DNA of 64,000 bases, from the NCBI GenBank assembly GCA_965208575.1, contig CBDBOV010000004.1, positions 1,120,001-1,184,000 on the forward strand. Direction: 5' to 3'. The notes under the pieces were generated by a model. It was not told where the DNA came from, ran no database searches, and worked only from the letters and a program-made list of their open reading frames with translations. The stretch is from Spirochaetia bacterium. Lineage in GTDB: Bacteria > Spirochaetota > Spirochaetia > SZUA-6 > Bin103. Positions 51,317 to 62,347 of this stretch are shown here, piece after piece. The translations under genes were made by a program, and so were the position numbers. How positions within the stretch are numbered: position 1 is the first letter of the stretch; every line of letters starts with the position of its first letter.

Positions 51317-53356
51317 ATGAGCACGGCAGCTTCTGACATTCGTAACGTGGCGTTGATCGGCCACGGCGGCACCGGCAAGACCTCCCTGGTCGAGCAGGCG
51401 CTGGTACGCGGCAAGGTGGTGGCCAAGTTTGCCCCGGTGGACGGCGGCAAGTCGGTGAGCGACCACACGCCGGAGGAGGTCGCGCGCGGCATCTCGGTAC
51501 ACGCCGCGGTCGCTCACGTGCGCTGGCAGGGCGCCAAGATCAACCTGCTCGATACGCCGGGGTCCGCCGACTTCGTCGGCGAGGTCATTGCCGCGCTGCA
51601 CGTCAGCGACGTTGCCGTGCTGGTGGTGGGCGGCGACGTCGGCGTGCAGATCGAGACCGCCAAGCTGTGGCGCCGCCTGCAGGCGGCCGGCAAGCCGTGC
51701 ATCGTGTTCGTGAACCAGATGGACAAGGAGCACGCCAACTTCGCCAACACCCTCGCCGACCTGCGCGAGAAGCTGTCGGGCAGCTTCGTGCCGGCGGTGG
51801 TGCCGATCGGCGACGGCGCGGGATTCTCCGGAGTCGTGGACCTGCTGAGCGGCAAGGCCCTTACCCACATGGGCGGCCAGGAATCTCCCGGCACGGTTCC
51901 GGACGACCTGGCGGACACCGTCGAGGAGTACCGGCAGGGCCTGATCGAGGGCGCCGCCGACGGCAGCGACGAGCTGATGGAAAAATACCTCGACGAAGAG
52001 ACCTTGAGCGACGACGAGGTGCGCACCGGACTCGCCGCGTCGCTGCACGGCAACCTGGTGGTTCCGGTCGTGGCCGGATCGGCGACCCTGAATTCCGGCG
52101 TGGCGAGCCTGCTCGACGTGCTCGAAGCGGTGGCGCCGTCCGCGGCCACGGGCGTCGGCCTCGATGGCGACGGCGCGCCGGCCGCCTTCGTGTTCAAGAC
52201 CAGCCTCGACCAGTATTCCGGCCGGCTGTCATGGATCAAGGTGATGAGCGGAGAGATCACGCCCGACACCGAGCTCGTGGACACACGCGACGGCCGCAAG
52301 GAACGCATTACCAAGCTGTTTACCCTGTCCGGGTCGCAACTGGTCGACTGCGACGGCCTGGCGGCCGGCGACCTTGGCGTCCTCACCAAGCTGACCAGCG
52401 CCGCGACCGGCGACACCCTGGCCCAGCAGGCCGATCTGACCTATCCTCCGCTCGACCTGCCGCAACCGGTGCACGCGGTCACGCTGGCCGCCCAGTCCAA
52501 GAAGGACGAGGACAAGCTCGGCCAGTTCCTGTCGCGCGCCGCGGAGGAAGACCCCACGTTCAAGGTGCGCTACAACGGCGAGACGCGCGAGACGGTGGTG
52601 TCCGCGATGGGCGAGTTGCAGCTCTCGATCGCCCTGGAGCGGCTCAAGAACACCGCCAAGGTAGAGGTGGAGACCAACGTGCCGCGCGTTGCCTATCGCG
52701 AGACCATCACCAGGCCGGCCGGCGCCGAGTATCAGCACAAGAAACAGACCGGCGGCCACGGCCAGTACGCCAAGGTGGAGATCCGCATCAAGCCACTGCC
52801 GCGCGGCGGGGATTTCTCGTTCGTGAACCAGGTCGTCGGCGGGGCGATCTCCAAGGGATACATCCCCGGCGTCGAGAAAGGACTGCGCGAGGGCATGGCC
52901 GGCGGCGTGCTGGCCGGTTTTCCGGTGGTGGACGTGGAGGTTGCCCTGGTGGACGGCAAGGAGCACTCGGTCGACTCATCCGAGTTGGCGTTCTCGCTGG
53001 CGGCGAGGGGCGCGTTGCGCAGCGCGCTCGACCAGGCCAAGCCGGTGCTGCTGGAGCCGGTCGCCAACCTCACCGTGTACGTGGAGGAGAGCTATCTCGG
53101 CGACGTGCTGTCCGATCTGAGCGGCCGGCGCGGGCGCATCCAGGGCCAGGAACCGGTAGACGGCGGCATTCTGGAGGTGAAGGCACTGGTGCCGCAGGCC
53201 GAACTGGTGCGTTACGCCATCGACCTCAAGTCGATGACCTCCGGTACCGCGTCGTTCGAGATGGAGTTCGACAACTACGCTCCGCTCACCGGGCGCATGG
53301 CCGACGACATCATCAAACGGTCGCAGGAGCCGGACGCGGTAGCATCCGGTCGCTGA
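51317..53356 (+). CDS. Elongation factor G-like protein (degenerate G domain)
   Basis: GHGGTGKT, RGISV, DTPGSADF, NQMD, MGELQL, KKQTGGHGQYA, VDSSE. Confidence 0.92.
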   Translation: MSTAASDIRNVALIGHGGTGKTSLVEQALVRGKVVAKFAPVDGGKSVSDHTPEEVARGISVHAAVAHVRWQGAKINLLDTPGSADFVGEVIAALHVSDVAVLVVGGDVGVQIETAKLWRRLQAAGKPCIVFVNQMDKEHANFANTLADLREKLSGSFVPAVVPIGDGAGFSGVVDLLSGKALTHMGGQESPGTVPDDLADTVEEYRQGLIEGAADGSDELMEKYLDEETLSDDEVRTGLAASLHGNLVVPVVAGSATLNSGVASLLDVLEAVAPSAATGVGLDGDGAPAAFVFKTSLDQYSGRLSWIKVMSGEITPDTELVDTRDGRKERITKLFTLSGSQLVDCDGLAAGDLGVLTKLTSAATGDTLAQQADLTYPPLDLPQPVHAVTLAAQSKKDEDKLGQFLSRAAEEDPTFKVRYNGETRETVVSAMGELQLSIALERLKNTAKVEVETNVPRVAYRETITRPAGAEYQHKKQTGGHGQYAKVEIRIKPLPRGGDFSFVNQVVGGAISKGYIPGVEKGLREGMAGGVLAGFPVVDVEVALVDGKEHSVDSSELAFSLAARGALRSALDQAKPVLLEPVANLTVYVEESYLGDVLSDLSGRRGRIQGQEPVDGGILEVKALVPQAELVRYAIDLKSMTSGTASFEMEFDNYAPLTGRMADDIIKRSQEPDAVASGR

Positions 53357-53358
53357 CC

Positions 53359-53404
53359 CACGATCGGAGGCTGCACGATCGGAGGCTGCACGGTCGGAGG
53401 CTGC
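53359..53404 (+). repeat. 15-bp intergenic tandem repeat between convergent genes
   Basis: CACGATCGGAGGCTG x2 plus CACGGTCGGAGGCTG. Confidence 0.8.
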
Positions 53405-53423
53405 CCGAGCCGGCGACGACCTG

Positions 53424-53897
53424 CTACAGGATAACCGAGCCCGGGAACAGGAAGTGGAGCAGGGCCACCGCAATGCCGGCCAGCCCGGCCGGCGTGCGGT
53501 AGCCGGCCGCCAGCCTGACCGCCTTGTCGGCCGCGCCGTCGGCCGCCACCACGTGGGAGGAGCCGTCGCGGGTGGTGTGGGCCGGACGCTCCGCCCCGCT
53601 CTCGGTTTCCGCCTCCTCGGCGTTCAGAGCCACCCCGATCAGCGAGCCGCCAAGCGCGATGCCCGCCAGCGCCGGCAGCAGGTCGCCCACCACCGCGGTC
53701 TGCAACGGGTCGGCGAGCACGAACAGTTTCAGTACCCCGACTCCGGCGGTGATGGCACCGATCGCCACCCCCGACGAGCGACTGCTGATCTCCGGCAGCA
53801 GCGTCCTCATCCACGGCAACCGTTCCGCCAGATAATCGCCGGCCAGAATCACGCCGGCCAGCAGGTTGATCACGATCGACAGAAAATAGAACTGCAT
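53424..53897 (-). CDS. Hypothetical membrane protein
   Basis: Four hydrophobic segments, GDLLPA and LHFLFP motifs; GGAAGGA SD before MQFYFLS. Confidence 0.75.
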   Translation of the reverse strand: MQFYFLSIVINLLAGVILAGDYLAERLPWMRTLLPEISSRSSGVAIGAITAGVGVLKLFVLADPLQTAVVGDLLPALAGIALGGSLIGVALNAEEAETESGAERPAHTTRDGSSHVVAADGAADKAVRLAAGYRTPAGLAGIAVALLHFLFPGSVIL

Positions 53898-53943
53898 GGT
53901 GCGTTTCCTTCCTGGTGACGATACACCGCGGCACTCGGCCCGG

Positions 53944-55683
53944 TCAACGCGACCGGCGGCGCCGATACCGGAACGGCCGGTGGTACCGGCCACGCCGGTG
54001 TGCACCGTGTGGCGGCCGCGGCCAGGCGGCGCGTCCTATGTACGGCAGCAGGTCCTCGGCCACGATCCAGCCGCCGGCACGGGCCGCCTCGCGGCCGGCG
54101 CGCGAGTGCACCAGTACCGCCGCGCGGGCGGCGGCATCAGCGCTCACCCCGCGGCCCAACAAGCCGGCCACCACGCCGGCGAGCACGTCGCCGGAACCGC
54201 CGGTGGCCAGCGCCGGGTTGCCGGCATCGAGGATCGCCAACCCGGCCGCGCTCGCCACGCAGCTCACGTGGCCCTTGAGAATCACGGCCGCCTGCCATCG
54301 CTCGGCCGCGGCGGCCGCGGCCGCATACGGATCGGCCAACACCCGCGCGGTGGACGTGCCGAGCATGCGCCCCATCTCGCCGGGGTGCGGCGTGAGCACC
54401 CAGCGCCCGCCGAGCGGCCGCGGGCGTCCCTCTTCAGCGGCGAGTTCGGCGAGCAGGGTCAGGCCGTCCGCGTCCAGCACGCCGGGAAGCGGCGCCGCCA
54501 GCAACTCGCCGAGCAGCGAGCGCCGCTCGGTGCTTGTGCCCCACCCCGGCCCCACCAGCAGCGCCTGGTGACGCGCCAGCAACGCCTGCAACTGCGCGCC
54601 GCCGGCGGCATCCAGGCGGCGGCACATGGCCGAGCGCGCGGCCGGCGCCACCAGCGGGTAGGTGTCGCGGTCCGCGTACAATGTCACCAGGCCGGCGCCG
54701 GCGCGCGCCGCCGCGCCCGCCGCCAGGTACGCGGCGCCGGTGGTGCCGGGCGCGGCCGCGAAAACGCCGACGTGACCGCGCGTGCCCTTGTGCGCATCGG
54801 GCGCGGCCGGCGGCAGCAGGCCGGGCAGCAGGTCGCCGGTCAACAGGTGGCAGCCGAGGCTGCGATCGGCGAGCAGTTCGCGGGGGAATCCCACCGCCGC
54901 CACCAGGATCGCCCCCACCGCGGTCCGCACGCCCGGCAGGTACAGGCAGCGCTTCGGCAGCGCCATGGTGACGGTCGCGTTGGCGCGCACCAGCGGCCCG
55001 CCGTCGTAGCCGTCGTACAGCCCGCTCGGCACGTCGACGGCCACCACGGCAGCGGGCGCCGCGTTGATGCGCTCCACGGCCGCGGCCAGCGGCTCCGTCA
55101 GCGCCGACCGCAGGCCGGTCCCGGTGATGCCGTCGAAGATCCACGCGGCGCGGCGCAGCGCGGCGCCGCCCTGCTCGCCCGCCAGCACCGGGATGCGCAG
55201 CGCGCGGCAGGCGGCCAGGTTGGCAGCGGCGGCGGTGCCGCCGCGCGGTTCGCCGCCGGCCAGCACCACCACCGCTTGCTCGGCGCCGGCGAGGTGCGCG
55301 TGGCGCGCCATCACCAGCGCGTCGCCGCCGTTGTTGCCGCGCCCGGCCACGAATGCCAGCGTGCCCGGCGCGCCCGCCGGGTGGCTGTCCCACAGGTGCG
55401 ATCGCACCGCCGCGTAGGCGTTCGCACCGGCGTTCTCCATCAGAATGCCGCCCGGCAGCGCCCATTCGCGCTGCGCGCGGCGGTCGATCTCCGCCATCTG
55501 CGCGCCCGTCACCACCGCCAGCGGGCGCAGTGCGCGCCACGCCGCCGAGCCGACCTCCACGGTCCCTATCTCGAGCCGGGTTCCTCCCGCTGCCGCTTCC
55601 GGATCGCCAGCATCTCGCGCCACGCTCCCTGCAGCGTGCGCGGCTGCGCCACGTCGTTCGCCGATCATCCTCTTCTCCGCCAT
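53944..55683 (-). CDS. nnr: Bifunctional NAD(P)H-hydrate epimerase/dehydratase
   Basis: LMENAG, GRGNNGGD, AVDVPSG, HKG.RG, LDADGL, TPHPGE, ATGGSGDVLAG; start approximate. Confidence 0.92.
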   Translation of the reverse strand: MAEKRMIGERRGAAAHAAGSVARDAGDPEAAAGGTRLEIGTVEVGSAAWRALRPLAVVTGAQMAEIDRRAQREWALPGGILMENAGANAYAAVRSHLWDSHPAGAPGTLAFVAGRGNNGGDALVMARHAHLAGAEQAVVVLAGGEPRGGTAAAANLAACRALRIPVLAGEQGGAALRRAAWIFDGITGTGLRSALTEPLAAAVERINAAPAAVVAVDVPSGLYDGYDGGPLVRANATVTMALPKRCLYLPGVRTAVGAILVAAVGFPRELLADRSLGCHLLTGDLLPGLLPPAAPDAHKGTRGHVGVFAAAPGTTGAAYLAAGAAARAGAGLVTLYADRDTYPLVAPAARSAMCRRLDAAGGAQLQALLARHQALLVGPGWGTSTERRSLLGELLAAPLPGVLDADGLTLLAELAAEEGRPRPLGGRWVLTPHPGEMGRMLGTSTARVLADPYAAAAAAAERWQAAVILKGHVSCVASAAGLAILDAGNPALATGGSGDVLAGVVAGLLGRGVSADAAARAAVLVHSRAGREAARAGGWIVAEDLLPYIGRAAWPRPPHGAHRRGRYHRPFRYRRRRSR

Positions 55684-55793
55684 TGCCCCGCCTGGCCCTG
55701 CACCCGGCCCTGGCGCCCCGAGATCGCCGCCTGCCGGCGCCGCTCTCGGCCCAACCAGCCTACCACAGGAGTCTGTCTCAATCCGACAGACTC

Positions 55794-57035
55794 CTATGGC
55801 TCCACCAGGAGGTCGCCGCGCCACCACACCATCCGTGCCCGGTCGCCGGCCCCCAGCAGACCGTACAGGACCCCGCTTTCGTTCATCCCCAGGGTGACGA
55901 AGCCGAGCCCGGTCTCATCCAGCACCCACCGGCGCCGCACCAGCACCCGCCCGTTCCTGCCCAGCACCAGCAGCGAGCGTGTCCGGTCATTCTCCCGCCG
56001 GCTCAGGTACAGCAAACCGTCCGCGGTCACGCCGAGCGGATGGTACCGCGGCCCGGCCAGCGGCTCGCTCCCGACCTGTGCAGCGCCGCGCGGCGGCCCC
56101 GCCTCCGGCAGGCCGAACGCGGCCACCACGCTGCGCGAGGCCACGTCGTACAGGCGCACGCCGGGAACGGCACCGTTGCCGCCCCGCTCGGTGCCGCCGC
56201 CGCCGCCGTTGCCGCCGTGCTCGTCCGCCCACGACTCCACGAACACCAGCAGCCGCTGCCGCGACAGCAGCGGCAGCAGGTCGCGGATCACCAGCCCCCG
56301 TTCGTCGCCGAGCTGGCCGGCGTGCTCCAGTTCCAGCCGCTCCCGCAGGTGCCCGTCGGCGTCGTACCAGTAGGTGATCCACTGCACGTCGGTGCGCGCG
56401 GTGACCACCAGCATGTCATCCGCCATCACCGTGACGCGCTCCACGAACGGGAACGGCGTGCCGCCCGGACCCTCGCGCCCGATCGCGTCCAGGTAGCTGC
56501 CGTCCGGACCGAACCGCTTGACCAGTTGCCCGTAGCCGATCGCCGTCTCATCGCCGGCGGCGTCCACCACCAGTATCCGCCGGCGGCTGTCCACCGCGAT
56601 GTGGCCCAACTCGCGAAAGCGGTGCTCGACGGCGGTGCGGGTGGCGGCGCCGCTGCCGCCGGGCGCCAGACCCACCGGCTCCGGATTGCGCGCCGGGTCG
56701 TAGATCAGCAACAGCAGGTCGCCGTGCGACGAAAGTTGCATCACCTTGCGCGCGTTGCCGTTGGCTATGTAGAACAACCCGTCGCGCATTGCGACGCGGG
56801 TCGCGTGCGGCGCCGCGGCGCCGGACACGCGCACCAGGTCCAACTGCTCGTCGAGCGGTCCGATGCCGAGGCTGAACAGCTCGTCGCCGGTCAGTTCCAC
56901 CGGCGCTCTCGCCGCGCACGCCGCCAGGACGGCCATCGCGGCGACGCCGGCAGCGAACACGCCCAGCAGCGCGGCGGGAACGCGGAGCAGCAGGGCCGGG
57001 CGCGCTCGCAACAGGGGGCCGGACACGACGGTCAT
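55794..57035 (-). CDS. Putative lipoprotein with beta-propeller/NHL-like repeats (resembles a spirochaete-conserved family)
   Basis: Lipobox LAAC; ELF.L.IG..DEQ, GDLL..IY, IGREGPGGTPFP. Confidence 0.65.
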   Translation of the reverse strand: MTVVSGPLLRARPALLLRVPAALLGVFAAGVAAMAVLAACAARAPVELTGDELFSLGIGPLDEQLDLVRVSGAAAPHATRVAMRDGLFYIANGNARKVMQLSSHGDLLLLIYDPARNPEPVGLAPGGSGAATRTAVEHRFRELGHIAVDSRRRILVVDAAGDETAIGYGQLVKRFGPDGSYLDAIGREGPGGTPFPFVERVTVMADDMLVVTARTDVQWITYWYDADGHLRERLELEHAGQLGDERGLVIRDLLPLLSRQRLLVFVESWADEHGGNGGGGGTERGGNGAVPGVRLYDVASRSVVAAFGLPEAGPPRGAAQVGSEPLAGPRYHPLGVTADGLLYLSRRENDRTRSLLVLGRNGRVLVRRRWVLDETGLGFVTLGMNESGVLYGLLGAGDRARMVWWRGDLLVEP

Positions 57036-57130
57036 CCTACGGAGCATCGCGGGACGCGCACAACCGGCAGCCGCGGCTGCCGGCGCGCCGAGAGTAGACC
57101 GGCTTCGGCGGCACAAAGTACATTGCACGC

Positions 57131-59935
57131 ATGGGCAAGATCGTGGAACGGGTGCTCGGCTCCAAGAACCAGCGCGATCTGAAGGTGCTCATGCCCCTCG
57201 TGGGGCGCATCAACGAGCTGGAAGCGGGCATGATTGCCTTGCGGGAAGCCGACTTCCCGGCTGCCACCGAGCGCTTCCGCACGCGCCTCGCCGACGGTGA
57301 AGCACTGGACGACCTGGCGCCGGAGGCGTTCGCCCTGGTGCGCGAAGCGGCGCGCCGCCGGCTCGGTGAGCGGATCTACGACTGCCAGTTGATGGGCGGC
57401 CTGGTCCTGCACCGCGGCGCGATCCTGGAGATGAAGACCGGCGAGGGCAAGACCCTGTCCAGCGTCACCGCCGCCTACCTGAATGCGCTCACCGGCCGCG
57501 GCGTACACATCGTCACCGTCAACGACTACCTGGTGGAGCTGCAGGCCGCCTGGATGGGCCAGGTGTTCGACCTGCTCGGCATCACCGTGGGAGCGATTCT
57601 GGCCAACATGGACGGTCCGCGCCGGCGCGCCGCCTACCGCTGCGACGTGACCTACGGCACCAACAACGAGTTCGGATTCGACTACCTGCGCGACAACATG
57701 AACTGGGACGAGCGCCAGAAGGTGCAGCGCAGCCACCACTTCTGCATCGTCGACGAGATCGACTCCATCCTGATCGACGAGGCGCGCACGCCGCTGATCA
57801 TCTCCGGCGCCGCCGAAGACGACACCGCGCGCTTCGCGCAGATGAACGGACTGGTGGACCGCCTCACCGAGGTGGACAAGGATCCGGCCACCGGCGAATA
57901 CCCCGACGAAGCGGACGGCTACGTACCCGACGGAGACTACAAGGTGGACGAAAAGGGCAAGCGCATCTCGTTCACCGACCAGGGCATGTCCGCCATCGAG
58001 AAGCTGCTCCAGGACCGCCGCATCATCACCGACTCGCTGTTCACGGACGACAACTTCGAGCTCATTCACTACTTCACCCAGGCGATGCGCGCCCACCGCC
58101 TGTTCCAGCGTGACGTCGACTACGTGGTACAGGACGGCAAGGTCGAAATCGTGGACGAGTTCACGGGACGCATCCTGCACGGGCGCCGCTACTCGGACGG
58201 CCTGCACCAGGCGATCGAGGCGAAGGAGCGCATCAGGATACTGCAGCGCAACCGGACCCTGGCGTCGATCACCTTCCAGAACTTCTTCAAGCTGTACGAC
58301 AAGCTGGCCGGGATGACCGGGACCGCGGATACCGAGGCTACCGAGTTCAGCCGCATCTACGACCTCGACGTGGTGGTGGTTCCGACCAACCGCCCGGTGG
58401 CGCGCCTGGACGAGGACGACGTGATCTTCCTCTCCGAGAAAGACAAGCTGAACGCCATTTGCGACGAGATTTCCGAGTGCCACCAGCGCCGCCAGCCGGT
58501 GCTGGTCGGCACCGTGTCGATCGAGAAGTCGGAACAACTGTCACGCATGCTGATCGGGCGCGGCGTGCGGCACGAGGTGCTGAACGCGAAGAATCACGCC
58601 CGCGAGGCCGCCATCATCGCGCAGGCGGGAGCCCCCGGCGCGGTGACCATCGCCACCAACATGGCGGGCCGCGGCACCGACATCAAGCTCGGCGGCAACG
58701 TCGAGTTCGCGGCGCGCCGCAAGAGTGCCGGATCGGCGGCGGCGATGCGCAAGGCGCTGGCTACCGAGTTGCCCAAGTGGCAGGCCGACCATGACGTGGT
58801 GAAGGACGCCGGCGGACTCAACGTGATCGGCACCGAGCGCCATGAATCGCGCCGCATCGACAACCAGCTCCGCGGGCGCAGCGGACGGCAGGGCGACCCC
58901 GGCCGGTCCCGGTTTTTCATCTCTCTCGACGACGACCTGATGCGCCTGTTCGGCGAGAACATGCGCAGCGTCATCGCGCGCGTCGGTTTTACCGACGGCG
59001 AGCCGCTGGCGCATCCATGGATCAACAAGTCGCTGGAACGCGCGCAGCGCCGCGTCGAGGAGCGCAACTTCGAGACCCGCAAGCACCTGCTCGACTTCGA
59101 CAATGTCCTCAACGAGCAGCGCAAGTTCATCTACGGCAAGCGCGACGAAATCATGGCGTCCGGCCGCCTGGTGCAGCGCGTCGTCGACACCGCCGTGGAC
59201 GAGTTGACCGAGATGGTGGAGGAGTGCAGCAACGAGCACGGCGCCGGCGGCGACTGGCACACGGTCCTCGCCAACCTCAAGACGCGCTACTTTCTCACCC
59301 CGGAGCATCCCGCCGCCCACTACGAAGAGCTGCCGCGACAGGAACTGGAGCAGACGCTGGCGGGCGAACTGCGCGGCGCACTGGAAGAAAAAGAGGTCCA
59401 GATCGGCCGCGAGCCATTCAACCTGTTCATCCGCTACGAGTACCTGCGCGCCATCGACAGCCGCTGGCAGGACCATCTGGAGAACCTCAGCGCGCTCCAG
59501 GAGGCGGTGCGGCTGCGCGCCTACAGCCAGAAGAATCCGCTCCTGGAGTACAAGCTTGAAGGCTTCCAGATCTTCGACCGCATGCTCGACGAGATACGCG
59601 TCGCCATCGCCGAGAAGATTTACAAGGTCACCATCCGGCACAGCGAGCGGCAGCCGGCGCGGCGCGGCGCGATGTCGACGGCACGCCACGTGTCGATCGG
59701 CCAGTTCGCCTCCGGGGCCGGCGCGGCGCCGGCTCCGAGCGGCAATGGCACGGCGCAGAACGGCACCGCCGCGACCGGCGTAGCGGCTGCCCGGAGCGCC
59801 CTCGGGCGGCGCGCGGCCGCGGTGCAGAACGTGACCGGCACCGTGCAGGCGCAGCGCGCCGTGCCCAAGGTCGGGCGCAATGCGCCCTGCCCGTGCGGCA
59901 GCGGCAAGAAGTACAAGCACTGCCACGGCACCTGA
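57131..59935 (+). CDS. secA: Preprotein translocase subunit SecA
   Basis: [40 protein letters not shown]-terminal [17 protein letters not shown]. Confidence 0.98.
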   Translation: MGKIVERVLGSKNQRDLKVLMPLVGRINELEAGMIALREADFPAATERFRTRLADGEALDDLAPEAFALVREAARRRLGERIYDCQLMGGLVLHRGAILEMKTGEGKTLSSVTAAYLNALTGRGVHIVTVNDYLVELQAAWMGQVFDLLGITVGAILANMDGPRRRAAYRCDVTYGTNNEFGFDYLRDNMNWDERQKVQRSHHFCIVDEIDSILIDEARTPLIISGAAEDDTARFAQMNGLVDRLTEVDKDPATGEYPDEADGYVPDGDYKVDEKGKRISFTDQGMSAIEKLLQDRRIITDSLFTDDNFELIHYFTQAMRAHRLFQRDVDYVVQDGKVEIVDEFTGRILHGRRYSDGLHQAIEAKERIRILQRNRTLASITFQNFFKLYDKLAGMTGTADTEATEFSRIYDLDVVVVPTNRPVARLDEDDVIFLSEKDKLNAICDEISECHQRRQPVLVGTVSIEKSEQLSRMLIGRGVRHEVLNAKNHAREAAIIAQAGAPGAVTIATNMAGRGTDIKLGGNVEFAARRKSAGSAAAMRKALATELPKWQADHDVVKDAGGLNVIGTERHESRRIDNQLRGRSGRQGDPGRSRFFISLDDDLMRLFGENMRSVIARVGFTDGEPLAHPWINKSLERAQRRVEERNFETRKHLLDFDNVLNEQRKFIYGKRDEIMASGRLVQRVVDTAVDELTEMVEECSNEHGAGGDWHTVLANLKTRYFLTPEHPAAHYEELPRQELEQTLAGELRGALEEKEVQIGREPFNLFIRYEYLRAIDSRWQDHLENLSALQEAVRLRAYSQKNPLLEYKLEGFQIFDRMLDEIRVAIAEKIYKVTIRHSERQPARRGAMSTARHVSIGQFASGAGAAPAPSGNGTAQNGTAATGVAAARSALGRRAAAVQNVTGTVQAQRAVPKVGRNAPCPCGSGKKYKHCHGT

Positions 59936-59991
59936 CACGGCCGGAAACCTGCACGGCCGGAAACCTGCACGGCCGCAACCTGACACGGCCG
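59930..59991 (+). repeat. ~16-bp tandem repeat at the secA/M23 convergent junction
   Basis: CACGGCCGGAAACCTG-like unit, about 3.5 copies. Confidence 0.75.
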
Positions 59992-60005
59992 CCGCCGCGG
60001 CGCGG

Positions 60006-61076
60006 TCAACGCAGTCCGGGTATCAGGTCGGCCGGGTTCAGATGGAGCTGGCCGCGGCGCAATTCGAAGTGCAGGTGGGGGCCGGTGGAACGCCCCGTGG
60101 AGCCGATGGCGCCGATCGCCTCGCCGCCGCTCACGCCCTCGCCGCGCGCCACGTAGATCCGGCTCAGGTGTGCGTACAGCGAGGAGTAGCCGGCGAAGTG
60201 GGCCACGATGATGTACTTGCCGAGCACGCCGTTCGATCCCACCGCCGCCACCCGGCCATCCTGCACCGAGTACACGCGGGTACCGTGCGGCGCGGCGATG
60301 TCGACGCCGCGATGCTGCCGCCAGCCGCCGGTGAACGGGTCTCTGCGCGGCCCGAACCGTGAACTGACCCAACCGGTCCGGGCCGGGCGCCCGAACGCGG
60401 TGCCGATCGCCAGGCTCAGTTCCCGTCCGGAATGCTGCACGCCGGGAAAGAACAGCTCCATGGAGGGCGTCAACTCCTCGCGCGTGATGTCGTTGGTGCG
60501 CAGCACCGCGTCCGGCAGCACGCCGCGCTCCCGGCACACCTCGTCGAGATCGGTGACCGTCAGGTATATGCCGTCCTGGTTGGGCACCTTGATCATCTCG
60601 CCGATGTCAAGCCGGTGCACGCCCATGCCCGCGGTGCGGTTCAGCGAAGCCACGGTATCGAGACTCAACCCGAAGCGATGGGCGATGCCGCTCATGGTAT
60701 CGCCGCGCCGCACCCGGTACTGCTTGATGTCGAGAATCATCGGCGCCACGTCCAGGCCGCCGCCGTGACCGCCGGCCGCGGCCGAAGCGCGTTCGGCGGA
60801 CTGCCCGGCGGCTTCGTTCAGCGATTCGATGGCAAGGGTCTCTAACCACTCGTTCGGGTAGTACAGGTACTCCTGCTGATCGTAGAGAGGCTCCGCGGCG
60901 GGGCGCGGCAGCGCAACCAGCGCCAGCACCAGTGCCGCCGCAAGCACCGATCCGACCGCGGCCCAGGGCGCGCTCGAAACACGCCTGCGCCTGCGCGGTC
61001 GGTTGATCGTTCTTAATCGAACACTGCGTCCATATCGATCAGTCCAGATATTCCTGCGGGTCGACGTGCGTTCCAT
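60006..61076 (-). CDS. LysM plus M23 metallopeptidase
   Basis: YRVRRGDT LysM; HRGVD, YAHL, STGPHLHFE. Confidence 0.92.
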   Translation of the reverse strand: MERTSTRRNIWTDRYGRSVRLRTINRPRRRRRVSSAPWAAVGSVLAAALVLALVALPRPAAEPLYDQQEYLYYPNEWLETLAIESLNEAAGQSAERASAAAGGHGGGLDVAPMILDIKQYRVRRGDTMSGIAHRFGLSLDTVASLNRTAGMGVHRLDIGEMIKVPNQDGIYLTVTDLDEVCRERGVLPDAVLRTNDITREELTPSMELFFPGVQHSGRELSLAIGTAFGRPARTGWVSSRFGPRRDPFTGGWRQHRGVDIAAPHGTRVYSVQDGRVAAVGSNGVLGKYIIVAHFAGYSSLYAHLSRIYVARGEGVSGGEAIGAIGSTGRSTGPHLHFELRRGQLHLNPADLIPGLR

Positions 61077-62154
61077 TCAAAAAAATCGAGAAATGAAGAT
61101 GGTTGCCGGTACTATAGCCGGTATTTCCCATCTCGCCAAGTTGTTGTCCCTGGCGCACGCGATCGCCCTGCGCGACATGCGTTCTCGCGAGATGCGCGTA
61201 CAGGGTCTGGAAGCCGTCCGGGTGGCGCAGGATGACGTAGCGCCCGTAATTGCCATTGTAGCCGGCCGACGCCACGACGCCGCTCATCGATGCAACTACC
61301 GGCGTGCCGGGCCCGTTTGCGATGTCGACCCCATTGTGAAACTTGCGCAACCCGGTGAATGGATCGTTGCGGTATCCGTACGGCGACGACAGGCGGCCCC
61401 GGGCGGGTGCTATGAACAGCCGTCCGAGCACTCGATTGCGCACGTTCTCGCTCAATCCGGCGCCCGGAATCAGCAAGATCTGCCCCGGAGTGATGATCGA
61501 ACTCGCCACCTCATTGACATCGAGGATGGCCTCCAGGCCGACCTCGTGGCGGGCCGCTATCCGGCTCAGATTGTCACCGCGGCGCACCACGTATCGAATT
61601 CCCGAGTGGCTCGGAATGACCAACTCCAGGCCGTCCTTCAGATCGCGCTCGCGGCGCAGTTCGTTGAAACTGATAATGGTGTCCAGGGTAACGTCGAAGC
61701 GCTCCGCGATTGCGCCGAGCGTGTCGCCCGCCGCGACCTCGTAGCGCCGGAACTGCACGCCGCCGTCGGCGTACTGCGCGGCCGGCACGGCAGCAGTCGA
61801 GGTGCGCTCGCCGGCGGGCGCGCCGAGGCTCAGAAGCGTGTCGATGAGCGCTTCCTGGAGGCGCCCGTCGGGCGGCAGCAACGCGGCCGCCGCGCTCGCG
61901 CGGTCGCGCACCACGGCGCCCGACGGCGCGTAGTACAGCAGCAGCCCCACGGCGGCGGCGGCGAACGCGGTCAGCGCAGCCGGCACCAGCAGCGGACGGA
62001 TGCCGCGCGTCGCCACCCGCGCCACCGCACGCGCCGCGGCGGCGCGCGTCGATTCCCACAGGTCGCCGGCCGCCGCCGCCCAGCGTGCGCCGTCGGCGGC
62101 CGGCGGGAGCACCACCGAGAGGGCTGCTCCTGCGCCCGGCACCGGCGCGGCCAT
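61039..62154 (-). CDS. Two-LysM plus M23 metallopeptidase
   Basis: YEVAAGDTL, YVVRRGDNL; HNGVD, YAHL, STGNHLHF; start approximate. Confidence 0.9.
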   Translation of the reverse strand: MAAPVPGAGAALSVVLPPAADGARWAAAAGDLWESTRAAAARAVARVATRGIRPLLVPAALTAFAAAAVGLLLYYAPSGAVVRDRASAAAALLPPDGRLQEALIDTLLSLGAPAGERTSTAAVPAAQYADGGVQFRRYEVAAGDTLGAIAERFDVTLDTIISFNELRRERDLKDGLELVIPSHSGIRYVVRRGDNLSRIAARHEVGLEAILDVNEVASSIITPGQILLIPGAGLSENVRNRVLGRLFIAPARGRLSSPYGYRNDPFTGLRKFHNGVDIANGPGTPVVASMSGVVASAGYNGNYGRYVILRHPDGFQTLYAHLARTHVAQGDRVRQGQQLGEMGNTGYSTGNHLHFSIFLNGTHVDPQEYLD

Positions 62155-62347
62155 GGCCGTGCCGGTGCTCAGTCCCTCTACCTGAACCGCCCGCTTGTGG
62201 CGGCGTGGATGCTGCTTGTGCAGCGCCAGACGGCGGCCGCGGCCGCCGCGGCGGCGCAGCCTGCGGCGTGCGACACGCTGGCCGCGCAGCGCGTGGTGGG
62301 CGAAGTCCCGCATTCATTTTGCATATCGACACTTCGGACGCTCGCCA

